From Eledone cirrhosa (taxonomy: Eukaryota), in contig OZ024743.1 of assembly GCA_964016885.1 (NCBI GenBank), positions 320,912,001 to 320,976,000 of the forward strand: 64,000 nucleotides of DNA. Direction: 5' to 3'. The first letter of the stretch is position 1; each line of letters starts with the position of its first letter. Positions 38,274 through 51,509 of this stretch are shown here, piece by piece. The notes beneath the pieces are model-generated. The model was given only the letters and a program-made list of their open reading frames with translations. It was not told the origin of the DNA and did not search any database. The position numbers were made by a program, and so were the translations under genes.

Positions 38274-39894
38274 AAAATTTACCGTCAATACGGAGTTTGC
38301 GGAAATACGGCAAATGATTTCCGCTTTAAGCTGAGAAATAGCAGGAATCAAATCAAGCGTTCGTATAGAACCTCACAATAAGGGATCTTACTGGAGTGCC
38401 TTGTTAAAAAAGCTCCGCGTACCTCTTGCTGAATCTAGACGCATTGAGAATGCCACTGAATCTGTAAGCCATGAAATGATTGGCGTTGGTGTACCAGAAG
38501 ACATAGTTGATCTTCAGACATTTGCTGCCAATTCATCCGAAGACCTGGGTTGTGCTCCCCCGAACGGTGCTCTACGCCTTGGCCGACCAGGTCCGAAACC
38601 CAGGCTAATTAGACTGTCTTTTTGGAATTCAACTGAGGCACATCACCTGTGAACTATCGTCCAGTCAGTCTTACTAGCTGCATTGCCAAACTGGTGGAAT
38701 CCTGTATCAGAGAAACACTTTGGAACTTCTGGAACTCTCACCGTCTTATTCGGCCCTCGCAATTTGGATCTATCCCTAACTCCAGCTGCTGTGATCAACT
38801 TATCGAGTTTCTTTAAGGCATCACCCGGAACATCATCTAGAACACTGATGGCGGTTCATTGGTGGATGTTGTTTACCTTGACTTTGCTAAAGCTTTCAAT
38901 TCTGTTCCCTACAAAAGACTTATGGCAAAACTCTCTGCAATGAGTGTGAAGGATGATCTTTTTAACTGGTTGAAGTCCTTCATTCTCAGTCGAAGAGAGG
39001 TAGTCACAGTTCTAGGACAGCATTCCTCACCGTATGAGGTGTTATCTGGTGTATCACAGGGATCTGTTCTTGTCCCCCATTTGTTTGTGGCATAGATGCC
39101 AACTTAAAGAATGACATAGATGCCAACTTAAAGAATGCCACAGTACTGAAATATGCAGATGACATCAAGCTGTACCTTGAGATAAAAAGGACAGATACTG
39201 AACACTATAGATCTTGCCTGCAATCTGACCTGGATACAATGCATCTTTGGATCACGGACTGGCAACTCAAGATGACTGTGGACAAGTGTACCACCATGCA
39301 TTTTGGGAGTAAAAACTCAGCGTCCACATACACCCTCCACAAAATGAATATCAAGAAGACTTCTTGTGAACGTAACCTGGGCATTACTGTCAGCAGCGAT
39401 TACCCTCCATCACGCATCTACCATACTCTGAACGCCTTGCTTCCCTGGTCATGGATACATTGAAGCCCCGACGTCTGGCAAATGATTGGTAAACACCCAC
39501 AAAATTATTAACCATCTTGCCAACAACAACCCTGAGCACCTTTTTGATTTCCATATGTCTAACACACGTGGACATGCCTACAAAGTCAGAAAACAGTACA
39601 GCTCCCATGACTTTCGGAAACATTTTTTCACGCTCAGAGTTGCTGAAGCATGGAACAAACTATCTGCATCAGTTAGCTGTCGAGACACTGCATCCTTTAA
39701 AATCTCCATGCTTCCTGAGATTCGCCAATACTACACCTAATATTCCCCCTCCATACACACGCACTCGTGTATATCATGACTCATACACTATTCACTTCCC
39801 TGACATTTATATATTATTCTATTTACTATACATGCACCTTTGATGAGTTGTAGTGCACCTGAACACCGTACACAATAATTTCATTATTATTATT
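36930..39894 (+). mobile_element. CR1-type LINE, internally deleted, inserted in the 5S spacer
   Basis: PHD-like Cys-rich ORF1 remnant at 37580-37900; NYRPVSLTSC, VDVVYLDFAKAF, GVSQGSVL, KYADDIKL; (ATT)n tail; atagaaa repeated at both ends. Confidence 0.85.
38107..38273 (+). repeat. (GAA)n(CAA)n compound microsatellite inside CR1 ORF1 remnant
   Basis: Direct observation. Confidence 0.97.
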
Positions 39895-40444
39895 ATAGAA
39901 AAGTCCATAGTAAGTTGAATTATAGTACAAGGATGTTAATTTGAAGGGAGGAATTCGTTTACAAAGTTTCTTATTTCTTAGATAGGCTATATCGCTCGGG
40001 AAACCTAGGTGCAGTAAACATTTCTTTTTTTTTCTTTTTTTTAATCAATTACTTTTGCAAGCTTCTGTCTTGAATATCTGTTCTAGTTTCAAAAGAATCA
40101 TGCTCGCAAATATTTTTCTTTCCTTCAACTCTAACCTCTCCATACACAATACTATCGTGGATTGGTAGTATCGGTAGAGCTTTTGGCAACATGCATGCGG
40201 CATAGATTTACGCCCCTTTACTTTCTACTGAGTTCAGATCTCGCCGTGGTTAGCTTCGCCCTTCATCCCTGTGGGGTCGATAAATTAAATCACAAGCAAT
40301 GCTCTGGGCTCGATTCAATTGACTATCACGCTCTTGTACCTAAATCAGGAACCACCTTTTTAACACCGACATTGAACGGTTATTATAAAAGAAAAGTCCT
40401 TAGTGAGTTGATGTACAAAGATGTTAACTTGAGAGGAAGATTTC

Positions 40445-40563
40445 GTTTACGGCCATAAGACGCTGAAAACATTGGTTCTCGTCCAATCACCAAAGTTAAG
40501 CAACGCCGGGCCTAGCCGGTACGTAGATGGGTGACCGCTTTGGAAACCTAAGTGCTGTAATCA
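40445..40563 (+). rRNA. 5S rRNA gene copy, divergent (likely pseudogene)
   Basis: 119 nt, gtttacggccata...gtgctgtaatca, with many substitutions relative to the 41671 copy. Confidence 0.8.
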
Positions 40564-41670
40564 TTTCCATTTATTTTCATTAACTACATTAAAAAGCTTT
40601 TATTTTACGTATGAATGGCTGTATGAAAATACTCATATTCGTAATCATTTTAGTTTTCTTTAAATTTCACCGGTGAATGCACACTATTTCCTTTATTTAA
40701 ATGCCTACGCTAGAAAATATTCATTGAACATAGATTTCGCTGCGCTTTCTAACAGCTGAAATCATCACGTTTATTTACAGGCGTTCCAAATGAACATGAT
40801 CGACATGTATGATAACAAACTAGGAAAGATTAAAATTCCTTGTCAGTGGTCCTGCTCCTGAAAACGACTCAATGCCACAAACTGGAAAAACATAGTTTAT
40901 CGACCTCCCGTGAGGACAGAGTCCTCAAACACTTCTTTCAGCGGCTCCTGTCAGAAGCAAGCGCCTCCAATTGATCCGGCTCGAACCTCAACCGTGTCCA
41001 GAACAGCCATACTCATGGATGTTATCCAAGCATCTTGTTCGGGGTCTACCCCTGACTCTCCTGTCGGTTTGTTTTGCCCGTAAAATCTGTCCAGGGGCTC
41101 TTTCCTGAGACGTTCTAACCCACATGCCCATAATAGCGGGGTTCTGATCCCCGACATACGCACTTTGTTGTGTTCCGTTACTTTGTCGATAATTTCCGAT
41201 ATTTTTATTTTTTTATTCCGTCCGGCTACGGTAGCAGTGAACCTCGTATTTACTCTAGAAAATATTTCTTTAATCAGATTTTGCTGCTTTTTCTAGCAGA
41301 TAAAATGACTACATGTCTTTACAGGCGTTCGAATTGAACAAGATCAACATGTATAATAAGAAACCGGGAAAGATTGAAGAGTAATGGGCATTGTAGGTCC
41401 TTATATAAAGAAAAAAAACGACTTAAATTTAGGAATATCGACGGCTGTACGACAGTTTCGAAAAAATAATGTGTGCTGCTGATTTGAAAGTTATATGATA
41501 AAAATGGAAAAGTTCATTTAACAACGTGAATTGCTTGAAAATACTCTGTGGTATCGTTGGAAGTAATTAAAATGTTTAATAGAAAATCAAAACATAAAAG
41601 TTATTATAAAAGAAAAGTCCATATTGAGTTGATTTATAGTAGAAAAGTATTAAATTGAGGATATGATTTC

Positions 41671-41789
41671 GTTTACGGCCATATCACGCTGAAAACACCG
41701 GTTGTTGTCCGATCATCGAAGTTAAGCAGCGTCGGGCCTAGTTAGTACTTAGATGAGTGGCCGCTTGGGAAACCTAGGTGCTGTATGCA
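41671..41789 (+). rRNA. 5S rRNA gene copy (best preserved; possibly pseudogene)
   Basis: 119 nt with box A agttaagc and box C-like tagatgagtggcc; T-rich run follows. Confidence 0.85.
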
Positions 41790-42843
41790 TTTCGTTTTAT
41801 TTTATTTTTTTTAAATTAAATTCTTTTCAAAGTTTCTTATTTCTTAGACAGGCTATCGCTCGGGAAACCCAGGTGCTGTAAGCATTTTTTTTTTCTTTTA
41901 ATTACTTTTGCACACCTCTGTCCTGAATATCTGTTCTAGTTTCAAAACAATCATGCTCGCAAACTTTTTCCTTTCCTTCAACACTACCCTGTGCATGTAC
42001 AATACTATCGTGGAATGGCAGTATCGGTAGAGCTTTGGACAACATGCCTGCAACAGGGTTACGTCCCTTTACCTTCTGCTGAGTTCAGATCCTGCCCAGG
42101 TTAGCTTCGCCCTTCATCCTTATGCGGTCGATGAATTAAATCACACCTACATACATTATATACTGTGTCTAACCTTTGCCTTTTCTACCTCCACTAAAAC
42201 ACTCCGCATGCTGGAAATATCGCTGACAACAATCTCAAAACATTACCGTTGAGAAAATAGCACACTCTTAAGCAGTCGCTACACATGCTGAAAATGGCAG
42301 TCAAGAATCTCTCAAATTAAATATTATACGCGAACCCGTATGTGGACTACGCATTTAATAGAAAGAACATCCATATCTTCCTAAAACAACTCATGACTAT
42401 TTGAAAACAAATGCGCCTCTGTGTGGGTAATACACATGTTAGACATTCCAACTAAGTTTTCTTTAAATTACTCATTACCACCTGAAAACATTTGAACTTC
42501 TATGTGGTTACTGTTTAACTGTAAGTTAGTGTATAATCCCAAAATAAGTCAGATTCATGTCATGTCAGCTCTGAAACTTTTGGTCACTGTTTATCCCAAG
42601 GCCAGACAGCTATTAACTCTAGATCAGTCAACAATTATATATTAATGTTTAACCCTAGAGCTATGACATGTGCATTTTTGTCAGTACTGTAGTTATGTGA
42701 ATTATGTAATTCTACTTTAGAAGGATGAAGAGACGTATGCAATAATATTGTAACACATGTAAAGAGATTAATTGATAAGTAGATTTAAAACAAAATTACA
42801 AATTCGCTATACCTGTGATAATCCTCGGCTAACTCTCTGTCTG

Positions 42844-42920
<77 letters not shown>

Positions 42921-43080
42921 CACACACAAACATATATATATATATATACATGGAAAGTTATATTTAAATTGTTGGGTTACAACTAGTAAATATTTATAAC
43001 TGATATAAAAGCACTCAACAAGTATTTGGAGTATATTTACGATATTAAATAAATGGAAACTATATTTATAAAACCATATT

Positions 43081-43146
43081 TATTTCATTATATATATTTC
43101 AGGGATATCATATTAACAATATGTTATGCCTTCCTCAGACAAAATA
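43081..43146 (-). ncRNA. Hammerhead ribozyme (PLE-B pLTR)
   Basis: tattttgt-CTGAGGA-agg...cct-GAAA-tatata-TA-atgaaata on the minus strand. Confidence 0.85.
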
Positions 43147-44499
43147 CAATATAGACAGTTTTATAGATAAATAGATTTGACATACCGTTCAACATCGACT
43201 TGTATTTGAAAAAGTTGATTTGGCAGTGAAAAATTGTAAACAGAAAGAAAGAAAGAGAGAAAGAAGGAAAGAAAGAAAGAAAACGAAGAAAAAGAAGAAA
43301 AAGAAGAAATGCATGCAACAAAATAGAGAGATGGAAAGATAGATAAAGAGAAGAACTTCATGTAAAGAAACAGAGAGATATATATAGAGAGAGGAAATAG
43401 ATAGAGATAGATATATATAGAGAAAAGTAGGTAGTTGAAACATCCGTTGAATGAACGTATCAATGATACATTTATTTATTTATTTATTTATTTAGCTCTA
43501 GTATTAATGTAAGGGAGATATATGTGGTTAGGAAAGAAACCAGCCGTTATATAGAGAGAAAAATGAAAAGTAACCAGACATACGCGAGGCAGAATTTAAA
43601 AACCCTATGTTTTAATGTAGAAATATTAGTTCGTATAAAAACCTGGCACTATAATGTAAATATCAGTATTCCTGAATGAGACACGTATCCATAATGTGTG
43701 AAAAGTAATGATCTTATGTCTAGTTTTAAAAATTCATATGTTTATATGATAACTACAAACATCGATGTGAATTTACGTGATCAACTCTGCAAACCCCTAT
43801 TTCACACGGAGAACATTCTCATTGTGCTATAAAAATTTAAGTATACATATATGTGTATATATACACATATATATAGAGTCTATATTAATTTTAACAATAC
43901 TATTCTTGTCTTTACTCTACATGATTATCTATCAAGCAGAAATAGAGAACAGATTTCAATATATTAATAAAAAATATCAGAAACAAAAACAAAAAATAAT
44001 AATAATAATAATAATAATAATAAACAAATAAATAAAATAGAAAGCTAAAAAATATTACATATTAAAAATAAAAATCTTAAAAATATTAAAAAATATTAAA
44101 ATAATAAAAATAAAAACATAATAGAAACATAATATGCCACGCAAATCGACCACAAAGATCAACCCTTCAAAATTAATTGACAATATATTGCCAAGTTCAT
44201 TATAAGCATCAGAGTCGAAAACAGATAAAGCTAAAAATTATTTATCAAATCGCGTCTAGCAGAAATCATTTCAAAAAGTTTAGGATGCCCATTTGGTCTA
44301 CATATGTTCTTATATTTAATATAGAAGTTTATCTAGTGTAACGTTTATTCGAAATATTTGGAGCATCAACTTTTAGGGTAGTTTAATTTTTCATGAAGAA
44401 TGTTTAAATAAAAAATAAAAATAAAAAGAAGAATAAAAAGAAGAAATCGAAAGATTTATCGGCTAGTTTCCCAAATAATTATAAATCAAACTAAATATA

Positions 44500-46713
44500 C
44501 TACATTTTAAATTTAAATTTATATTTAAAAGTTGAGTTCAATCTATGTTTGCAGCAACTGAATAAATTTGTCCGTAGATTAAGGGAATTTTTAGATTTTA
44601 GTATAAAGAATATCTCTTCCGCGCAGAGGTCACATGTCTCAGAGGATGAATTAAAAGGAATCCCTCTTGAGACTATATTCCAAGCCGTCGAATATCTAAC
44701 GTTATCTTGCCTAAGTTGCCAGAGTACGCCTGATAGTGCTGTTGAAGATTTTTTGCTTGGATCTGTGAAAGAATTCTTGTGGTTATTATAGCGAAGTTTA
44801 AATTCCGTCGATGTGGAACCGACGTAGTTAAAAGAATTAGAGTCCGTTTTAACATTACAGTTGTATATTATATTTTTAACTAAGCAGTTGTTATTTAACG
44901 GACATTTAGATCTATCTCTACAGTTACATTTGTTAACTTGTATATTATTTATGCTATTATAGCTAGGTTTTAAGTTCCTATTATTTATTCTATTAATATT
45001 TTGTGCTAAATTTTTGGTGGATGAGTATGTTAATTTTATAGTATGTCTATTGAAAATTGAGTGATACCTATGTGTTCTAGGGAAGCGATTATCAAGAGCT
45101 TTAAAAAATAGTTTAGCGATGTGGGTTTTAATGTTTAGTGAGAAAGGGGGGGCAAACCATATTATGTTCCTAGTTCTATTTCTTTTTTGGCTTTTGGAAT
45201 TATTGTAATGCTTTCTATTATAGTTGTTAAGGTTGCGGCCGTAATTAAAATAGTTGTTATTTTGTTTAGTTTGTCTATCATTATCTATGTACATAATCTT
45301 ATCACTATATCCTGCTCTAGCTAACGCTTCATTGTAGTACTGGGCTTTTTCGTCGAAAATCTTTCTATTAGACGAGATTCTAGAGATACGTTTTTGAACA
45401 GAGTTTACTATAGTGTTTTTGACAGATCTGGGGTGGTTAGAGTTAAAGCTGACATAGTTTAAGTTTTCATTCAACTTGTGAAAAGGATAGTGAAGACATG
45501 TGTTGAGATTTAATGTTATATCTAGGAAATTGACTATTCTATGGTTGTTCTCAATTTCTATTTTTAGATTAAAGTAATTAAAAAATTGTGTAATTTGTTT
45601 TCTTTTTCTATTTAGTTCAGAGTTATTATTATCAATAAGTAAAAGCATGTCATCTCTATATAAACCTCCGGTAGTACCAGGTATTTTCCTATGTAGCGAA
45701 TTGATTAAAAATAAGCCCACAAGGTCAGTTACCTGAGCTGAGTCGGATGATCCCATAGTAATGTCAAAATTGCTATCTCTATCTGCTCTGGTCCATAGTT
45801 GGTCATTAAATTCTATCAATGTTTTCCTAGCCGATAATATAATGTGCATTTCATTGCTAGTTAGGTCTGTATGTTTGAATGCGTAATTTAGTGCCTTATT
45901 TAGTAGACTAGGGGTAATAGAAGAATAATAGTTAACAATATCAAGTTGAATAAACTTATTATTATTGTTATATTTAATTTGCTTAAACCACTCAACAACC
46001 TCTCCAGTTCCCTTCCACAAGCTCAGGTTAGGTAAACAATCCAAGTTTTTAATTTGCTGTATCACCCTGTCAAGAATGTTTTTGCTTAATTTGCCCAGGT
46101 CCGATTTTGATGGTGCGATCAATCTAACTGGCAAGTCATTTTCAAAATTCCTTTTGTGATCTTTCATATTGATCTTCGGTTTCCTGGGCACGAAAGGTTG
46201 TGTTCTGTTCTCAATTTCCAACTCGTGCATTATACAAGATGCTTCGACATTCATTTTCTCAAGCTCGGCCTTATCTGCTACCTTGTACTTTTTCCTCAGT
46301 TCCTTCAGTATGAGGCCATTATACATGTCTTTCTGCACTCCATAGAGGTTGTTGGTCTTGTCAGATTTCACCAAGATCTTCTCAGTTTTCTCTAAGCTCT
46401 CAATATTATCCTTAATGCCTTTCAGATATTCCTGGCCTTTGAAGTTTCTCTTGAATTTGACCCCTTGTATGATAGAAATTATATCGTTTTCAAAGTCAGA
46501 TAAAAGTTTGTTAGGGGGTGGATTTCTTTTAGATTTGAAAACTTTGTTTAAGTCCGAGACATTTTCATTTATATTAGATTTATCAAAGTGGAATGCTCGC
46601 CACCTGATTCTCCTTATAAAAGAGTCAGATTTATCTATTAATTGTTTTATAAAGTCTTTGTTTCTAGGTAGAGGTATGTCTTTTAAAGAGGAAGTAATCT
46701 TAAAGAATTCCAT
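44500..46713 (-). CDS. Penelope-like RT + GIY-YIG endonuclease, 737 aa
   Basis: FIQLDIVNYY, ITMGSSDSAQV, GGLYRDD, CNCRDRSKCPL...C, IIY..YVGST, CDLCAEE..LNLR...CCKH. Confidence 0.95.
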   Translation of the reverse strand: MEFFKITSSLKDIPLPRNKDFIKQLIDKSDSFIRRIRWRAFHFDKSNINENVSDLNKVFKSKRNPPPNKLLSDFENDIISIIQGVKFKRNFKGQEYLKGIKDNIESLEKTEKILVKSDKTNNLYGVQKDMYNGLILKELRKKYKVADKAELEKMNVEASCIMHELEIENRTQPFVPRKPKINMKDHKRNFENDLPVRLIAPSKSDLGKLSKNILDRVIQQIKNLDCLPNLSLWKGTGEVVEWFKQIKYNNNNKFIQLDIVNYYSSITPSLLNKALNYAFKHTDLTSNEMHIILSARKTLIEFNDQLWTRADRDSNFDITMGSSDSAQVTDLVGLFLINSLHRKIPGTTGGLYRDDMLLLIDNNNSELNRKRKQITQFFNYFNLKIEIENNHRIVNFLDITLNLNTCLHYPFHKLNENLNYVSFNSNHPRSVKNTIVNSVQKRISRISSNRKIFDEKAQYYNEALARAGYSDKIMYIDNDRQTKQNNNYFNYGRNLNNYNRKHYNNSKSQKRNRTRNIIWFAPPFSLNIKTHIAKLFFKALDNRFPRTHRYHSIFNRHTIKLTYSSTKNLAQNINRINNRNLKPSYNSINNIQVNKCNCRDRSKCPLNNNCLVKNIIYNCNVKTDSNSFNYVGSTSTEFKLRYNNHKNSFTDPSKKSSTALSGVLWQLRQDNVRYSTAWNIVSRGIPFNSSSETCDLCAEEIFFILKSKNSLNLRTNLFSCCKHRLNSTFKYKFKFKM

Positions 46714-46891
46714 TTTTTCAGTTATAATATAAAGCGCTCAACAGTATTGGAGCAAGATACATGGAAAGTTATATTTAAATTGTTGGGTTACAACTAGTAA
46801 ATATTTATAACTGATATAAAAGCACTCAACAAGTATTTGGAGTATATTTACGATATTAAATAAATGGAAACTATATTTATAAAACCATATT

Positions 46892-46957
46892 TATTTCATT
46901 ATATATATTTCAGGGATATCATATTAACAATATGTTATGCCTTCCTCAGACAAAATA
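46892..46957 (-). ncRNA. Hammerhead ribozyme (PLE-B pLTR)
   Basis: Same sequence as 43081-43146, 3811 nt away. Confidence 0.85.
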
Positions 46958-47678
46958 CAATATAGACAGTTTTATAGATAAATAGATTTGACATACCGTT
47001 CAACATCGACTTGTATTTGAAAAAGTTGATTTGGCAGTGAAAAATTGTAAACAGAAAGAAAGAGAGAAAGAAGGAAAGAAAGAAAGAAAACGAAGAAAAA
47101 GAAGAAAAAGAAGAAATGCATGCAACAAAATAGAGAGATGGAAAGATAGATAAAGAGAAGAACTTCATGTAAAGAAACAGAGAGAGATATATATAGAGAG
47201 AGGAAATAGATAGAGATAGATATATATAGAGAAAAGTAGGTAGTTGAAACATCCGTTGAATGAACGTATCAATGATACATTTATTTATTTATTTATTTAT
47301 TTAGCTCTAGTATTAATGTAAGGGAGATATATGTGGTTAGGAAAGAAACCAGCCGTTATATAGAGAGAAAAATGAAAAGTAACCAGATATACGCGAGGCA
47401 GAATTTAAAAACCCTGTTTTAATGTAGAAATATTAGTTCGTATAAAAACCTGGCACTATAATGTAAATATCAGTATTCCTGAATGAGACACGTATCCATA
47501 ATGTGTGAAAAGTAATGATCTTATGTCTAGTTTTAAAAATTCATATGTTTATATGATAACTACAAACATCGATGTGAATTTACGTGATCAACTCTGCAAA
47601 CCCAAATCAACTTTTTCAAATACAAGTCGATGTTGAACGGTATGTCAAATCTATTTATCTATAAAACTGTCTATATTG

Positions 47679-47744
47679 TATTTTGTCTGAGGAAGGCATA
47701 ACATATTGTTAATATGATATCCCTGAAATATATATAATGAAATA
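47679..47744 (+). ncRNA. Hammerhead ribozyme (PLE-B pLTR)
   Basis: CTGAGGA at 47687, GAAA at 47725, AUA cleavage triplet, 8-bp stem I with two G-U pairs. Confidence 0.85.
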
Positions 47745-47922
47745 AATATGGTTTTATAAATATAGTTTCCATTTATTTAATATCGTAAATATACTCCAAA
47801 TACTTGTTGAGTGCTTTTATATCAGTTATAAATATTTACTAGTTGTAACCCAACAATTTAAATATAACTTACCATGTATCTTGCTCCAATACTGTTGAGC
47901 GCTTTATATTATAACTGAAAAA

Positions 47923-50136
47923 ATGGAATTCTTTAAGATTACTTCCCCTTTAAAAGACATACCTCTCCCTAGAAACAAAGACTTTATAAAACAATTAATA
48001 GATAAATCTGACTCTTTTATAAGGAGAATCAGGTGGCGAGCATTCCACTTTGATAAATCTAATATAAATGAAAATGTCTCGGAGTTAAACAAAGTTTTCA
48101 AATCTAAAAGAAATCCACCCCCTAACAAACTTTTATCTGACTTTGAAAACGATATAATTTCTATCATACAAGGGGTCAAATTCAAGAGAAACTTCAAAGG
48201 CCAGGAATATCTGAAAGGCATTAAGGATAATATTGAGAGCTTAGAGAAAACTGAGAAGATCTTGGTAAAATCTGACAAGACCAACAACCTCTATGGAGTG
48301 CAGAAAGACATGTATAATGGCCTCATACTGAAGGAACTGAGGAAAAAGTACAAGGTAGCAGATAAGGCCGAGCTTGAGAAAATGAATGTCGAAGCATCTT
48401 GTATAATGCACGAGTTGGAAATTGAGAACAGAACACAACCTTTCGTGCCCAGGAAACCGAAGATCAATATGAAAGATCACAAAAGGAATTTTGAAAATGA
48501 CTTGCCAGTTAGATTGATCGCACCATCAAAATCGGACCTGGGCAAATTAAGCAAAAACATTCTTGACAGGGTGATACAGCAAATTAAAAACTTGGATTGT
48601 TTACCTAACCTGAGCTTGTGGAAGGGAACTGGAGAGGTTGTTGAGTGGTTTAAGCAAATTAAATATAACAATAATAATAAGTTTATTCAACTTGATATTG
48701 TTAACTATTATTCTTCTATTACCCCTAGTCTACTAAATAAGGCACTAAATTACGCATTCAAACATACAGACCTAACTAGCAATGAAATGCACATTATATT
48801 ATCGGCTAGGAAAACATTGATAGAATTTAATGACCAACTATGGACCAGAGCAGATAGAGATAGCAATTTTGACATTACTATGGGATCATCCGACTCAGCT
48901 CAGGTAACTGACCTTGTGGGCTTATTTTTAATCAATTCGCTACATAGGAAAATACCTGGTACTACCGGAGGTTTATATAGAGATGACATGCTTTTACTTA
49001 TTGATAATAATAACTCTGAACTAAATAGAAAAAGAAAACAAATTACACAATTTTTTAATTACTTTAATCTAAAAATAGAAATTGAGAACAACCATAGAAT
49101 AGTCAATTTCCTAGATATAACATTAAATCTCAACACATGTCTTCACTATCCTTTTCACAAGTTGAATGAAAACTTAAACTATGTCAGCTTTAACTCTAAC
49201 CACCCCAGATCTGTCAAAAACACTATAGTAAACTCTGTTCAAAAACGTATCTCTAGAATCTCGTCTAATAGAAAGATTTTCGACGAAAAAGCCCAGTACT
49301 ACAATGAAGCGTTAGCTAGAGCAGGATATAGTGATAAGATTATGTACATAGATAATGATAGACAAACTAAACAAAATAACAACTATTTTAATTACGGCCG
49401 CAACCTTAACAACTATAATAGAAAGCATTACAATAATTCCAAAAGCCAAAAAAGAAATAGAACTAGGAACATAATATGGTTTGCCCCCCCTTTCTCACTA
49501 AACATTAAAACCCACATCGCTAAACTATTTTTTAAAGCTCTTGATAATCGCTTCCCTAGAACACATAGGTATCACTCAATTTTCAATAGACATACTATAA
49601 AATTAACATACTCATCCACCAAAAATTTAGCACAAAATATTAATAGAATAAATAATAGGAACTTAAAACCTAGCGATAATAGCATAAATAATATACAAGT
49701 TAACAAATGTAACTGTAGAGATAGATCTAAATGTCCGTTAAATAACAACTGCTTAGTTAAAAATATAATATACAACTGTAATGTTAAAACGCACTCTAAT
49801 TCTTTTAACTACGTCGGTTCCACATCGACGGAATTTAAACTTCGCTATAATAACCACAAGAATTCTTTCACAGATCCAAGCAAAAAATCTTCAACAGCAC
49901 TATCAGGCGTACTCTGGCAACTTAGGCAAGATAACGTTAGATATTCGACGGCTTGGAATATAGTCTCAAGAGGGATTCCTTTTAATTCATCCTCTGAGAC
50001 ATGTGACCTCTGCGCGGAGGAGATATTCTTTATACTAAAATCTAAAAATTCCCTTAATCTACGGACAAATTTATTCAGTTGCTGCAAACATAGATTGAAC
50101 TCAACTTTTAAATATAAATTTAAATTTAAAATGTAG
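47923..50136 (+). CDS. Penelope-like RT + GIY-YIG endonuclease, 737 aa (4 aa different from left copy)
   Basis: Same motifs; differences S/P, D/E, Y/D, D/H. Confidence 0.95.
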   Translation: MEFFKITSPLKDIPLPRNKDFIKQLIDKSDSFIRRIRWRAFHFDKSNINENVSELNKVFKSKRNPPPNKLLSDFENDIISIIQGVKFKRNFKGQEYLKGIKDNIESLEKTEKILVKSDKTNNLYGVQKDMYNGLILKELRKKYKVADKAELEKMNVEASCIMHELEIENRTQPFVPRKPKINMKDHKRNFENDLPVRLIAPSKSDLGKLSKNILDRVIQQIKNLDCLPNLSLWKGTGEVVEWFKQIKYNNNNKFIQLDIVNYYSSITPSLLNKALNYAFKHTDLTSNEMHIILSARKTLIEFNDQLWTRADRDSNFDITMGSSDSAQVTDLVGLFLINSLHRKIPGTTGGLYRDDMLLLIDNNNSELNRKRKQITQFFNYFNLKIEIENNHRIVNFLDITLNLNTCLHYPFHKLNENLNYVSFNSNHPRSVKNTIVNSVQKRISRISSNRKIFDEKAQYYNEALARAGYSDKIMYIDNDRQTKQNNNYFNYGRNLNNYNRKHYNNSKSQKRNRTRNIIWFAPPFSLNIKTHIAKLFFKALDNRFPRTHRYHSIFNRHTIKLTYSSTKNLAQNINRINNRNLKPSDNSINNIQVNKCNCRDRSKCPLNNNCLVKNIIYNCNVKTHSNSFNYVGSTSTEFKLRYNNHKNSFTDPSKKSSTALSGVLWQLRQDNVRYSTAWNIVSRGIPFNSSSETCDLCAEEIFFILKSKNSLNLRTNLFSCCKHRLNSTFKYKFKFKM

Positions 50137-51443
50137 TATATTTAGTTTGATTTATAATTATTTGGGAAACTAGCCGATAAATCTTTCGATTTCTTCTTTT
50201 TATTCTTCTTTTTATTTTTATTTTAACATTCTTCATGAAAAATTAAACTACCCTAAAAGTTGATGCTCCAAATATTTCGAATAAACGTTACACTAGATAA
50301 ACTTCTATATTAAATATAAGAACATATGTAGACCAAATGGGCATCCTAAACTTTTTGAAATGATTTCTGCTAGACGCGATTTGGTAAATAATTTTTAGCT
50401 TTATCTGTTTTCGACTCTGATGCTTATAATGAACTTGGCAATATATTGTCAATTAATTTTGAAGGGTTGATCTTTGTGGTCGATTTGCGTGGCATATTAT
50501 GTTTCTATTATGTTTTTATTTTTATTATTTTAATATTTTTTAATATTTTTATTTTTAATATGTAATATTTTTTAGCTTTCTATTTTATTTATTTGTTTAT
50601 TATTATTATTACTATTATTATTTTTTGTTTTTGTTTCTGATATTTTTTATTAATATATTGAAATCTGTTCTCTATTTCTGCTTGATAGATAATCATGTAG
50701 AGTAAAGACAAGAATAGTATTGTTAAAATTAATATAGACTCTATATATATGTGTATATATACACATATATGTATACTTAAATTTTTATAGCACAATGAGA
50801 ATGTTCTCCGTGTGAAATAGGGGTTTGTAGAGTTGATCACGTAAATTCACATCGATGTTTGTAGTTATCATATAAACATATGAATTTTTAAAACTAGACA
50901 TAAGATCATTACTTTTCACACATTATGGATACGTGTCTCATTCAGGAATACTGATATTTACATTATAGTGCCTGGTTTTTATACGAACTAATATTTCTAC
51001 ATTAAAACATAGGGTTTTTAAATTCTGCCTCGCCTATGTCTGGTTACTTTTCATTTTTCTCTCTATATAACGGCTGGTTTCTTTCCTAACCACATATATC
51101 TCCCTTACATTAATACTAGAGCTAAATAAATAAATAAATAAATAAATGTATCATTGATACGTTCATTCAACGGATGTTTCAACTACCTACTTTTCTCTAT
51201 ATATATCTATCTCTATCTATTTCCTCTCTCTGTTTCTTTACATGAAGTTCTTCTCTTTATCTATCTTTCCATCTCTCTATTTTGTTGCATGCATTTCTTC
51301 TTTTTCTTCGTTTTCTTTCTTTCTTTCTTTCCTTCTTTCTCTCTTTCTGTTTACAATTTTTCACTGCCAAATCAACTTTTTCAAATACAAGTCGATGTTG
51401 AACGGTATGTCAAATCTATTTATCTATAAAACTGTCTATATTG

Positions 51444-51509
51444 TATTTTGTCTGAGGAAGGCATAACATATTGTTAATATGATATCCCTGAAATATATAT
51501 AATGAAATA
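51444..51509 (+). ncRNA. Hammerhead ribozyme (PLE-B pLTR)
   Basis: Same sequence as 47679-47744, 3765 nt away. Confidence 0.85.

Larger units (their letters stand above)
42948..47603 (-). mobile_element. Penelope-like (Naiad-type) element, family B, left copy with two direct pLTRs
   Basis: pLTR direct repeats about 42948-43796 and 46758-47603 flank the intact ORF; the 3' end abuts (TA)n. Confidence 0.92.

Noticed and set aside
37869-38381. Poly-E/Q, poly-K/N and poly-L/F ORFs
   Set aside because: Translations of the (GAA)n(CAA)n microsatellite; the same applies to CV, YI and MYVC repeat ORFs elsewhere.
36360-42140. snRNA or spliced-leader genes linked to the 5S repeats; CRISPR-like arrays
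   Set aside because: No U1/U2/U6 or SL signature seen by eye; no repeat-spacer array, and the DNA is eukaryotic.
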